Shown here one piece after another: positions 1 to 7,860 of a stretch of 50,644 nt of DNA. Position numbers and translations under genes: made by a program. The first letter of the stretch is position 1; each line of letters begins with the position of its first letter. Under the pieces are notes generated by a model that did no database searches, was not told where the DNA came from, and saw nothing but the letters and a program-made list of their open reading frames with translations. This DNA comes from a virus. The stretch spans positions 1 to 50,644 of IMG/VR virus record IMGVR_UViG_3300027868_000001. The stretch is one strand, 5' to 3'.

Positions 1-127
1 GATCAACCGCCACCTCTACCGGGGCTGTAACCACCGTTGCTACATCTTCAACTAAACCGAATATACTTTTAAACATGATGTTCTTCCTATTTGCTGTGGT
101 TAATGGGCTTCATTTTATGAACAATTC
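1..127. repeat. Terminal direct repeat copy 1 (circular-assembly overlap)
   Basis: nt 1-127 (gatcaaccgccacc...atgaacaattc) recur exactly at 50518-50644. Confidence 0.95.
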
Positions 128-374
128 CGTATGCCCATTTTGCCCCGTAATCAACATGCCCCATAGCACTTATTTGTGCTGACTGAACGTCTTCTATTGT
201 GGGTGCCTCTAGTGCTAGCTTTTGGGCTGCATCTCTTGCCGCATTCCATACCGCATTCTCTTCGGCTTCAGTCCAAACTTTAAAATCTCGACCATTCCTT
301 TTCTCTGCCTCGGCTTGGAAAGCATCATATATGGCCCTAGCTGGTTCGCGTGATGGCCTAAATATATCCTGCAT
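87..374 (-). CDS. hypothetical early protein
   Basis: 95-aa ORF; SD AAGGAGGTG just upstream of ATG at 374; co-oriented with flanking early genes. Confidence 0.7.
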   Translation of the reverse strand: MQDIFRPSREPARAIYDAFQAEAEKRNGRDFKVWTEAEENAVWNAARDAAQKLALEAPTIEDVQSAQISAMGHVDYGAKWAYGIVHKMKPINHSK

Positions 375-402
375 ACATCACCTCCTTTAAAGTTGCTTAG
401 AA

Positions 403-507
403 CACTGGTTAATGACCGGGTTTTCGCCTCTCACCCTGAACGCGGATCTATGCGTATAACTGGCCTTTTCGTAGCCTGTAGTGCCAGACCTACACGATTA
501 ACCAGTG
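403..507 (-). repeat. 11-bp perfect long-range inverted repeat enclosing ~83 nt (intergenic stem, possible RNA processing/regulatory structure)
   Basis: CACTGGTTAAT (403-413) and ATTAACCAGTG (497-507); lies in the 150-nt gap between two minus-strand genes. Confidence 0.6.
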
Positions 508-524
508 ATCTAAACAACCTTATA

Positions 525-704
525 TTAATTCGTTCTGTTCAAGCCATCCAAAGGGTATAGCTTGCGCAATTCCTGCTTAATTTCGGCGTGTTTCTCTGTA
601 GGGAGATACAAACCTCTTACCTCAGCAAAACCAGCCTTAGAGCGGCGCTTTCTTAAGTCTGATTGGTGCTTGGCATTCCCTTGCCTAGCTTTGTTTTGGC
701 TCAT
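525..704 (-). CDS. small basic protein (59 aa, possibly ribbon-helix-helix-like)
   Basis: Hand-translated MSQNKARQGNAKHQSDLRKRRSKAGFAEVRGLYLPTEKHAEIKQELRKLYPLDGLNRTN; ATGA start/stop overlap with ORF 701-943; just under the track cutoff. Confidence 0.55.
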   Translation of the reverse strand: MSQNKARQGNAKHQSDLRKRRSKAGFAEVRGLYLPTEKHAEIKQELRKLYPLDGLNRTN

Positions 705-943
705 ATTAACGCAGTAATTGTTCTAGTTTCAAAACCATTCCCATCTACGTCTATCCGGGTATTCACTAGCGCTGGGTTTCCGCTTAAAACTGTAGATACA
801 AGGCCGCTAAGATCAGCGTCTAGGCTATTTTCAAGGGGGCCAACAAAAGCTTGTTCCACCTCTGAATAATTTAAAAAATTGCTTATTGAGTAATGTTTAA
901 TAATTGTGTTCATTTTCTCGCCCCTGTTGTTTGCCTTGACCAT
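701..943 (-). CDS. hypothetical early protein
   Basis: 80-aa ORF; alternative start at internal Met (913). Confidence 0.55.
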   Translation of the reverse strand: MVKANNRGEKMNTIIKHYSISNFLNYSEVEQAFVGPLENSLDADLSGLVSTVLSGNPALVNTRIDVDGNGFETRTITALI

Positions 944-1057
944 GATTCTATTATAAGGCTTACGCGTAAGGATGCAAGAACAGGTATAGATTAAAAGTTA
1001 ATTAGCAGGGGTTTGGTTATTACTCACCTATATGTTTATGTGTTAATCAATAAAGTC

Positions 1058-1128
1058 ATGGGGTGGGGGATTCGAACTCCCATTACCGGAGAACTTGTTC
1101 CGGGTCTTACCAATTGGATGAACCCCAT
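1058..1128 (-). tRNA. tRNA-like element / degenerate tRNA (non-canonical)
   Basis: Perfect 7-bp acceptor ATGGGGT/ACCCCAT. T-arm GGGAG-TTCGAAT-CCCCC has one A.C mismatch. Anticodon stem CCGGA/TCCGG encloses an 8-nt loop ACAAGTTC with no U33. D-stem is only ~2 bp. Overlaps the 3' end of CDS 1107-1520. Confidence 0.3.
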
Positions 1129-1520
1129 GTTAAAAACTTCAACCGCTGCCAAAAACCCATATTGATAAATTTATTTAATTTCTTCTCAGTCTTAGATTGG
1201 TTTCTTTGCGCAGATTCTAAGTCTTTCTGCATATCAGCAATAACTGATAACGGAGTACCCACTAAATCCTCAAGATCTCTACTCCATGCAATGTAGGTTC
1301 TTTTAATCAATGGCGTTTCGGTTGGGTCTTTAGGGTTATCCTTAATGCCGGTATTTTTACAAAATTCAACAAAAGGAATCCAGACCTCTTTGATTTCTTC
1401 TTGAGGTAGTAAGTTCGACTTAGACAAAGGTAGCCCAAAATGTTCTAACACTCGCACGCCCCCATACTGAGCAGGCTTATATTCGACTGAAATATTAACA
1501 AATCTAGCTGTGTTGTTCAT
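1107..1520 (-). CDS. hypothetical early protein
   Basis: 137-aa ORF; last 22 nt overlap the tRNA-like element. Confidence 0.65.
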   Translation of the reverse strand: MNNTARFVNISVEYKPAQYGGVRVLEHFGLPLSKSNLLPQEEIKEVWIPFVEFCKNTGIKDNPKDPTETPLIKRTYIAWSRDLEDLVGTPLSVIADMQKDLESAQRNQSKTEKKLNKFINMGFWQRLKFLTWGSSNW

Positions 1521-1555
1521 AATTTAAACCTAAGTCCGATATCTTAGAGTATTGG

Positions 1556-1723
1556 CTATTTACATTTGACCTTTAACGATTCTTGCTTAACCATTTCGCA
1601 GACCGTCTCTTTCATCTGATCACCATAAGATAATTTATAATTTACCCAACGCTCAAGATTCCACATAAGTAAAATAAAAATCAAGCCTAATCCTATTCCA
1701 GCAATATAAATAATTACTTTCAT
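1556..1723 (-). CDS. membrane micro-protein (55 aa)
   Basis: Hand-translated MKVIIYIAGIGLGLIFILLMWNLERW...; N-terminal TM helix. Confidence 0.45.
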   Translation of the reverse strand: MKVIIYIAGIGLGLIFILLMWNLERWVNYKLSYGDQMKETVCEMVKQESLKVKCK

Positions 1724-1756
1724 AAATCCTCTATGGTTAATGGCTATTATATCACC

Positions 1757-1924
1757 TTATTTGATGGCTAGATAAATACAAACGGCAGCGCCCAGCAAGA
1801 CAACAAAAGCAGCAAAAGCAGCAAAAGTAATAATATTATCTCTTTTTATTTTGTCGTGCTGCTGTTTGTTTTTTACACAGACTAAAATTCCAGGGAATAA
1901 AGCAGTAAGTCTTGGATATTTCAT
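1757..1924 (-). CDS. membrane micro-protein (55 aa)
   Basis: Hand-translated MKYPRLTALFPGILVCV...ITFAAFAAFVVLLGAAVCIYLAIK; C-terminal TM helix. Confidence 0.45.
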   Translation of the reverse strand: MKYPRLTALFPGILVCVKNKQQHDKIKRDNIITFAAFAAFVVLLGAAVCIYLAIK

Positions 1925-1936
1925 ATCTGCTTACTC

Positions 1937-2488
1937 TTAGTTGGTAGTGCTAATCGATTTAAGGTGCTTTAGTTTGTCCCGGTATTCTTTGGCAATGGCT
2001 CGATAGTCTTCAGCGAGATACCTAGCTCGTTTAACTTCAGCAAGCTCGTTGATTTTATCAATGCCAATCTTAGCAATAAGTCTTGGACGGTAGGCTTCAA
2101 TATTACCGGACTTCCCGCTATTGCAATATCGATTGCATTGCTTATGGACATTGTTTTCGTTGTATCTAAGATCAGACCGAGCGCCTTTTGTATGATAATG
2201 CCCTGCGGCCCACTGTCCCGCCCAATTAGCCGGTCTATCGCATGATATGCAGGGATCGTTTCTGTCTCTGTAGCGAATAAATGCATTAAATGCCCTGTCT
2301 GCTGCATCTCGCTGTGCTTGTTTGTCATTCTTCTTGAACTCCCGTTTCTTCTCTCTGTGGGCCTTATCGGCCTTCTGCTGGGTTTTAAGCTTGCCCCATG
2401 CTATCGCGCAAGGAATGGTGCAAGTCTGCTGTGTGGTGTTGTATGTTGGCTCAAATACCTTTTTGCAGTGCTTACACTTCCTTGGCAT
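1937..2488 (-). CDS. ninG: NinG/Rap-family recombination endonuclease
   Basis: N-terminal CKHCKK...CTIPC zinc cluster. Central FNAFIRYRDRNDPCISCDR...AGHY..G....LRYNE.NVH.QC..CN..SGN...YR..L matches the lambda NinG signature. Confidence 0.8.
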   Translation of the reverse strand: MPRKCKHCKKVFEPTYNTTQQTCTIPCAIAWGKLKTQQKADKAHREKKREFKKNDKQAQRDAADRAFNAFIRYRDRNDPCISCDRPANWAGQWAAGHYHTKGARSDLRYNENNVHKQCNRYCNSGKSGNIEAYRPRLIAKIGIDKINELAEVKRARYLAEDYRAIAKEYRDKLKHLKSISTTN

Positions 2489-2670
2489 CAGTGCTGCACA
2501 TACCTAAGGCTATTCCGGTGCCTCTCCGCGCTTTGCTCCCAACTATCAGTAATTAGCTTGATGCGAATAGAAAGCCAGCCTATGAGCTTTAAAAGCCCTA
2601 TCCAGACCTTTAAAATCAGTCTCCAGGTGCCTACGGCAATCTCTTTACTGGTGACAGCTTGTTTGTTCAT
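2488..2670 (-). CDS. membrane micro-protein
   Basis: 60-aa ORF with a hydrophobic segment; TGATG overlap with ninG start. Confidence 0.45.
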   Translation of the reverse strand: MNKQAVTSKEIAVGTWRLILKVWIGLLKLIGWLSIRIKLITDSWEQSAERHRNSLRYVQH

Positions 2671-2915
2671 ATTGGCTCCATGGGTATGCGAGTTTTTAAC
2701 TCTTTAATCTGACTTTCAAGCGCTGTGATCGTTTCGCGCAGATTCTTGTTAATCGTAGACGTTACCGCAAGAGCGCTCTCAGATCTGTCTTTGTCTCTCG
2801 TTACCGATTCTAAGGATGTTTTCAGCCTCGTTACATTAGCTGCGTAATCAGTTGCTAAACTGCCTAACGTTTTATGGATCAATTCTATTCGATCCCTTTC
2901 CCATTCAAGACTCAT
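2667..2915 (-). CDS. coiled-coil protein
   Basis: 82-aa ORF with heptad-like charged/leucine pattern. Confidence 0.6.
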   Translation of the reverse strand: MSLEWERDRIELIHKTLGSLATDYAANVTRLKTSLESVTRDKDRSESALAVTSTINKNLRETITALESQIKELKTRIPMEPI

Positions 2916-3063
2916 CGTTTAACCGCTCCCTTACAGTGTCTGTAAATACTTCATGTTGTTTTATCGCATAAGTTCTGCCGTTCATGTAACCAATTTTGTA
3001 AGCCCATATAACAGATGAGACCACAACGATAATTGATACGGTAAACAGTGTGAATATATCCAT
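2905..3063 (-). CDS. membrane micro-protein (52 aa)
   Basis: Hand-translated MDIFTLFTVSIIVVVSSVIWAYKIGY...; TAATG overlap with the upstream stop. Confidence 0.45.
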   Translation of the reverse strand: MDIFTLFTVSIIVVVSSVIWAYKIGYMNGRTYAIKQHEVFTDTVRERLNDES

Positions 3064-3350
3064 TACTCTACTACCTCTGCCTGCTTTTGGGTTTGTTCTT
3101 CGGGTTCATGGCCGTCTATACGCATTAAATATCTTGCGTCTACAGCATCGGCATTGCCTTCTGAGTAAGAAAGTTCTTCTTCAACTATCCATAATGCAAG
3201 CTCAGCAATATATGAGCCTGGCTGTCCGTTATGCCTCAATCTAACATCCTCTCCAGCCGCATAAAAATTCAAAGGTATACATTCTTGCGGATGTGTAAGA
3301 AGCGGAGCGAACGCCAAACATTTACACCCTGGCTCTATATTCGTTTTCAT
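3063..3350 (-). CDS. hypothetical early protein
   Basis: 95-aa ORF. Confidence 0.6.
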   Translation of the reverse strand: MKTNIEPGCKCLAFAPLLTHPQECIPLNFYAAGEDVRLRHNGQPGSYIAELALWIVEEELSYSEGNADAVDARYLMRIDGHEPEEQTQKQAEVVE

Positions 3351-3363
3351 TTCTGCATTTCCC

Positions 3364-3906
3364 TCATTGCTCTTGTTTCATTTGGAGCTTTCTGAACTCG
3401 CTATTCTCTGGATTGGTTAAGCTCAGACCTCTTTCAGTGGCCCATGCTTGATGCTTATCCATCGCGTATAAACGTTTGCTCTTTGGTGCCTTTGGCCTGT
3501 CAGGGTTGCTTTTTAGCGCCCAGCTATAACGCCTGCCTTTCTCGTCTACTCCTAGCCAACGCTTAGCAAATAATTCGTGTGCGTCATTTGGATTAAAAGG
3601 TCGCTCTCCATGGGCCTTGCCTTTGCTGTCGATATACTCGCTCATCTTTACGCCGCTGGCTGTCATAAAATCAGCGGTTTCTTGCATCCATTTGCGCCAC
3701 AATCTGGCCATTGGCCAAGTGCCGTGAAAATCACTTTCAATACCCGGCTCGATGGTGACGGTTAGCTTTCCATATTTCTTGTACATCTCATAGAACTTGC
3801 TATCCAGCTCTACAGCGGCCCTATCAGAATCTACCGCTATTTGTACAACTCCGTCACTCATACAATTAACCACCGCCATCCAAAAATTGATTAATGCGCT
3901 TAGCAA
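3364..3906 (-). CDS. hypothetical protein, possibly NinB/Orf-like recombination mediator (start may be 3861)
   Basis: 180-aa ORF; the layout WRKWMQETADFM...G...ERPFNPNDAHELF...AMDKHQAWATERGLSL loosely recalls the NinB family; neighbours ninG. Confidence 0.3.
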   Translation of the reverse strand: MLSALINFWMAVVNCMSDGVVQIAVDSDRAAVELDSKFYEMYKKYGKLTVTIEPGIESDFHGTWPMARLWRKWMQETADFMTASGVKMSEYIDSKGKAHGERPFNPNDAHELFAKRWLGVDEKGRRYSWALKSNPDRPKAPKSKRLYAMDKHQAWATERGLSLTNPENSEFRKLQMKQEQ

Positions 3907-4087
3907 GTAATCTTGCGTCCCTAGTCGTTAGGTCGCTAAAGCATTGCGTATATTGATCCTGTGGCGTCCAAGTTATATAAACCCTGTCGTCACTGCCTCG
4001 GCCAACACATCCATTCCTTTCCGATGTTGTACTGTCTAAGCTCCTTAAGCAGCAGATCATATTTCTTCGCTTTTTATTGACACTCAT
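3866..4087 (-). CDS. hypothetical early protein
   Basis: 73-aa ORF. Confidence 0.5.
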   Translation of the reverse strand: MSVNKKRRNMICCLRSLDSTTSERNGCVGRGSDDRVYITWTPQDQYTQCFSDLTTRDARLLAKRINQFLDGGG

Positions 4088-4506
4088 ACAATAACCCTAA
4101 TCGGCCTATTCCCATCATCGAGATAAATCTTGCCTTTCTTTGCCAGAATATCCAGCATGTTACAAACGGTTTGTGTTGTTTTAAATTTAAACTCTAGCCG
4201 CAATTCCTCCTTTGTCGGAGTCTGTTTGTTGCACGTATTATACAACTTTATGTACTTGTAAACTCTTGTCTGAAGGTCGGATAATTTCTGCCTAATCACT
4301 TTCTTTTTTCGCTGTGGCTCGGCTCTGTTCAAACCCTTCAGGTCTGATGCCGTTGGAGTGAATGTTATGCCACTTACTCCAGGTTCTATTTTTTCTATTT
4401 TGCCCCCACCATCTAAATACTTTTTAATCTCTTCGGTTATGCCATCTCTGTATTGAGTGTTAACCATGTTGCAGTTTTTAGTATCTGGTTGGTGATGGAG
4501 CATCAT
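4084..4506 (-). CDS. DNA-binding protein with C-terminal LexA-type winged helix
   Basis: C-terminus KLSDLQTRVYKYIKLY....QTPTKEELRLEF..KTTQTVCNMLDILAKKGKIYL....RPIRVI resembles the LexA N-terminal wHTH pattern. Confidence 0.5.
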   Translation of the reverse strand: MMLHHQPDTKNCNMVNTQYRDGITEEIKKYLDGGGKIEKIEPGVSGITFTPTASDLKGLNRAEPQRKKKVIRQKLSDLQTRVYKYIKLYNTCNKQTPTKEELRLEFKFKTTQTVCNMLDILAKKGKIYLDDGNRPIRVIV

Positions 4507-4599
4507 ATTTACCCTCAGTTGATTTACACTAAGCTTAATTGAGGTTTGCTATGCTGTGAAATACCGTTTCCTGATTAACAGGGGTTTGGTTATTCGCTT

Positions 4600-5031
4600 C
4601 TATAAACCATCCCAAAAACCTTTCTTTTCATTTGATAGCTGGCGCTTGAGTTCGGCTATCTCCTTTTCCGCTATCTCATACGCTTCAGTTAAATTATCCG
4701 CGTCTCGCTGGGCTTCTCGGTGGTTTATCTCTTCTGCTTTTAAAGCTTGTATGAGTTCGGCCATCTCCTTTAGGGATTCCAGTCGTTCAATGTACTCACC
4801 GATATTATTATAGTCTCGCCCTAATGCTTCTAGTCTTGCTACTTCATTTAAGCATTGCAAGGCGTTAGGGTAATGACCAAGAATAGCCCAGCTTTCCTTA
4901 ATGGTTTTTTCCTTGCCGTCTTTATCTGTATGGGTGCGCTCAGGTAAATATTTTTCAAGGTCGTGATTCCAAGAATCCGCAGCAATTCGATACTTGCCGC
5001 CATCAATTGGGATAATTGTTTTAGTCGTCAT
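4600..5031 (-). CDS. hypothetical early protein (coiled-coil C-terminus)
   Basis: 143-aa ORF. Confidence 0.65.
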   Translation of the reverse strand: MTTKTIIPIDGGKYRIAADSWNHDLEKYLPERTHTDKDGKEKTIKESWAILGHYPNALQCLNEVARLEALGRDYNNIGEYIERLESLKEMAELIQALKAEEINHREAQRDADNLTEAYEIAEKEIAELKRQLSNEKKGFWDGL

Positions 5032-5194
5032 TGTGGTTTTCCTCTTTAGGTATCATTGAGCCGCAACACTTATCCGGCACGTAGTTAATTTTAGGGGGGT
5101 TTGGTTCAGGCTCTGGGGGTCTGTGTGACCAATAAGCTATGCCAGCTATGATTGAGCAGAATATGATGGAGGTTAGAAAGCCTTTAAGAATCAT
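5021..5194 (-). CDS. membrane-anchored micro-protein (57 aa)
   Basis: Hand-translated MILKGFLTSIIFCSIIAGIAYWSHRPPEPEPNPPK...; overlaps the next gene by 11 nt. Confidence 0.45.
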   Translation of the reverse strand: MILKGFLTSIIFCSIIAGIAYWSHRPPEPEPNPPKINYVPDKCCGSMIPKEENHNDD

Positions 5195-5213
5195 ATTCTG
5201 CTACCTGTTTGGG

Positions 5214-5573
5214 TTAATCGGCTAAAGCCAACAACTGCTCAGAAAGAATAAAATAAGCTTTATCAACACTACACGACATACCCTCATTCTTTTCCGCATC
5301 TCTTTCCGCAATCTTAGCAAGAAATGGCAAAGCCAAAAGCACATAATACTGGGCTTTATTTATTTTTATTCCATGCCTTTCTTTATACACATCGCAAGCA
5401 TCAAGAACATGCATCATCATTTTATTCTCTAGTTCCCGCAATAATCCCGTATGAGTACTACCAGCCTTAAACATTTCCTTGTATGGCTCAGACTTTTGCC
5501 GTTCATCTGAAAAAGCATTAGCGAGCGATACCATTATTTCGGTTAGTGTATCTTCGTTTAAATCTTTGCTCAT
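5214..5573 (-). CDS. hypothetical early protein
   Basis: 119-aa ORF. Confidence 0.65.
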   Translation of the reverse strand: MSKDLNEDTLTEIMVSLANAFSDERQKSEPYKEMFKAGSTHTGLLRELENKMMMHVLDACDVYKERHGIKINKAQYYVLLALPFLAKIAERDAEKNEGMSCSVDKAYFILSEQLLALAD

Positions 5574-5586
5574 GTTATATCCTCTC

Positions 5587-5778
5587 TTAGTTATTAATAG
5601 CCTTCTTTCTCCAGTTGTGCAGCTCTTCTACCTTATGCTCTTTGGCGCATGTTCTGCATACCGGATTGTTTGTTTTCACGTGCCAAAACTTTGTTGGCTT
5701 TCGACAGAATACGCACACCTCATAAACATGGGTGTAGTCGTGCATTACCGGGTCTTCTTCGACTGTTGGGATAGTCAT
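5587..5778 (-). CDS. zinc-ribbon protein (63 aa)
   Basis: CVFC...CRTC motif. Start moved to the ATG at 5778, preceded by TTAACGGAGGAT, the same RBS cassette as gene 5789-6547. Confidence 0.6.
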   Translation of the reverse strand: MTIPTVEEDPVMHDYTHVYEVCVFCRKPTKFWHVKTNNPVCRTCAKEHKVEELHNWRKKAINN

Positions 5779-5788
5779 ATATCCTCCG

Positions 5789-6547
5789 TTAATCAAATAA
5801 CTCACGCTGTCTAAACTCTTCGCAAAAAATACCACACTCAAAATCCATATCTTTCATCGGTCTGCCAGTCGCTTCAGGGTCAAGATCTTTTAATAAGATT
5901 CTTTCACCTTTCACCCTAACCAATTTCGCGCCTATCGTTTCGCTTTGATCAGCCCTTCTTTTAAATACCGCTGGGTGCTTTTTTCTTACATGGTTCCAGT
6001 ATGTGGGTGATGTTGCTTTAACGCAGCCAATACAATTTGCGTTTGGATACCCTTCTAAATAAATTCTGGGCAAATCTATTCCAGCATTATTTAATATTTT
6101 AAAGCAATCTTTTTTTGTTAAATTAACATTAATCAGTACAGGTATTACATTCTCGCGCTCGGTTAAAATGAATTTTTCATGCCTGTTTTTTTCATCTGCC
6201 GTAAATCCTAAAACATGCTGGTCAATCCTGTGCGTTCTTTCCCATTCTCTTCTAGCGTTCTTTTTCAACTCCAAAGTGCAAGGGGCGCCCATTGGGGAGG
6301 ACATAAAATTCCTTTTATCCCAGACTTCTTCCGCCGATCCTTTTGGATATTTCGGGTTTGTAGCTATTTGTATTTTCTGACCTATCCACTTCTCTACATC
6401 TGCTAGAAATCTTCTATTATCAGAATCTTCCTCAAGAATTGGATTATTGACGATTTCAACATTATGGCTCGATCCATAAATATCAATTGTTTTCTTAGCC
6501 GCTACAGCGCTGGCAGCACCGCAAGAAAACCAAACAGTTATATTCAT
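5789..6547 (-). CDS. PAPS-reductase / adenine-nucleotide-alpha-hydrolase-family protein
   Basis: N-terminal PP-loop-like VWFSCGAASAV (variant of SGGKDS). C-terminal Cys clusters NCIGCVKA and ECGIFCE. Start at 6547 after TTAACGGAGGAT. Confidence 0.6.
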   Translation of the reverse strand: MNITVWFSCGAASAVAAKKTIDIYGSSHNVEIVNNPILEEDSDNRRFLADVEKWIGQKIQIATNPKYPKGSAEEVWDKRNFMSSPMGAPCTLELKKNARREWERTHRIDQHVLGFTADEKNRHEKFILTERENVIPVLINVNLTKKDCFKILNNAGIDLPRIYLEGYPNANCIGCVKATSPTYWNHVRKKHPAVFKRRADQSETIGAKLVRVKGERILLKDLDPEATGRPMKDMDFECGIFCEEFRQRELFD

Positions 6548-6557
6548 ACATCCTCCG

Positions 6558-7076
6558 TTAATCATTAAACAAATCCTGCATATTTTTTAAAGCTTCAGCG
6601 CCTGTTTTTTTCACTCGCTCTTGTGTGGCTTTGTCCGGCAAACAACCTTGTGAAATATATTTATGCAGGTCATCACTCCAGATCCACGCCCTTCCATCAA
6701 TTATTGCTTGTCTGTTTTTGTGGGCAATCTCACCATGGGGCTTTTCGCAGTAACCAAGGAATCCGGCATAACTGGGCGGCCAGACATCCTCACCTTGGAT
6801 GGCCGCTTCCTTGACCAAAAACTCCAATTGGTGGAACCCACGTTTCCACGCCTCATCCGTCAAATGCTCCGTCTTCTGGCACCACAGAAGAAATGCCCTC
6901 GAATAAGCGCCGTTCTCCATCGTGGGGGGGCCTTCCTGCGTGGCCCACTTGTGGCCGTAAAGTTGGTTCATTCGCTCCCACAGAGCTGCTATGAGCCTCT
7001 CTTGCCTCAATGTTGGCGAGTATCTCTGTGGTCTGTCTGGTTGAGCGTTCAGCGTTGGATTCTTTTCGTTGTCCAT
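6558..7076 (-). CDS. lambda P-like replication (helicase loader) protein
   Basis: LYGHKW...LLWCQ...LTDEAWKRGF...VWPPSYAGFLGYC parallels lambda P ...RRQWVLAF...TMEQVNAGM...FLPSPGQFVAWC. Confidence 0.5.
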   Translation of the reverse strand: MDNEKNPTLNAQPDRPQRYSPTLRQERLIAALWERMNQLYGHKWATQEGPPTMENGAYSRAFLLWCQKTEHLTDEAWKRGFHQLEFLVKEAAIQGEDVWPPSYAGFLGYCEKPHGEIAHKNRQAIIDGRAWIWSDDLHKYISQGCLPDKATQERVKKTGAEALKNMQDLFND

Positions 7077-7314
7077 TTGGAATAGTCCTCGCGGTTACTT
7101 CATCTTCCCACCGCTCATTATTTAGATACGTGGCAGCATGGGGTATAAACTGCTTGTCTTGCCATTCTCCAGCCTTTGCCCTGGCGTTCAAATTGTCTTC
7201 AATGTCGCGCTTGACAGCAAAAGAAGGTTTTAGCTTGTTCCATGCTTTCCTAGCTTCCGCTTTGTGAGTCTTTCGTGGATAGATGAACCAGAAATCATTA
7301 AATGTCACTATCAT
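6853..7314 (-). CDS. replication-associated protein (conserved N-terminal FWxxYPRK...AWxKL...IPHxATYLNxERWEDE domain); tail overlaps next gene
   Basis: 153-aa ORF; the conserved-looking part ends near residue 75; the remaining 224 nt overlap CDS 6558-7076 in another frame. Confidence 0.5.
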   Translation of the reverse strand: MIVTFNDFWFIYPRKTHKAEARKAWNKLKPSFAVKRDIEDNLNARAKAGEWQDKQFIPHAATYLNNERWEDEVTARTIPNGQRKESNAERSTRQTTEILANIEAREAHSSSVGANEPTLRPQVGHAGRPPHDGERRLFEGISSVVPEDGAFDG

Positions 7315-7353
7315 ATCAGCCTCGCTTTATTCGGTAGGGTATGTATTGCATGG

Positions 7354-7845
7354 TTAAGCCGCCTCAGTCTTATTTAATTCCCGATAAATATTCCAACTTT
7401 TAAGATTTTTAACATCTTCAAATTCCCAAGGATCACTAACAGATGTGCATCCTATACATAGACCACGGCAACGATGATCGTGTTTTTTTGATAAACATTT
7501 AGAAATTTCTCCTATTTTTTCAAAGTGGCTCCAATCCCAATCTGTCTTATCCAAAATTAACTTGTGAACCGTTTTACATGCCGCAGAAAATCTCTCTAAG
7601 TCGTCAACACCAACATAAGCATAATCATAGGTGGACAAAAGAACTGCTTTTTCATCCTCGCTTAACCGTTGATCTTTGTAACTACTCCAAAAGTTTTTAT
7701 CTTGCTCAAAGATACTCATTTTTTTTCCATATAACTTCAGGCTAATATAATCCCATATTGCCGGGCCTGATCCATGCCCATTCCGTAACTCTTCAATACA
7801 GCTAACTTTTGTTTTATACAGCTTGTAAACGCTTGTGTAAGACAT
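7354..7845 (-). CDS. hypothetical early protein
   Basis: 163-aa ORF. Confidence 0.65.
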   Translation of the reverse strand: MSYTSVYKLYKTKVSCIEELRNGHGSGPAIWDYISLKLYGKKMSIFEQDKNFWSSYKDQRLSEDEKAVLLSTYDYAYVGVDDLERFSAACKTVHKLILDKTDWDWSHFEKIGEISKCLSKKHDHRCRGLCIGCTSVSDPWEFEDVKNLKSWNIYRELNKTEAA

Positions 7846-7860
7846 ATCTAATATCCTTAG

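Noticed and set aside
1-127. The 127-nt terminal repeat as a biological direct terminal repeat of the virion DNA
   Set aside because: An exact overlap of this size at contig ends is what de Bruijn assemblers produce for circular or permuted genomes. It cuts through a small ORF (50423-50593). True termini need read-based analysis.
1058-1128. attP core derived from the 3' half of a host tRNA (and likewise 49427-49501)
   Set aside because: No integrase or recombinase gene is recognisable in the genome. Both halves of the acceptor stems are present, rather than only a 3' tRNA fragment.
1063-1296. Plus-strand ORF 1063-1296 (77 aa, GTG start) overlapping the tRNA-like element
   Set aside because: It is antisense to CDS 1107-1520 and begins inside the T-arm sequence. 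Its composition is atypical, so it is likely spurious.
1969-2707. ORFs 1969-2328 (-), 2318-2707 (+) and 2322-2507 (+) overlapping ninG
   Set aside because: They are alternative-frame or antisense ORFs inside a gene with a clear family signature, so they are treated as non-coding.
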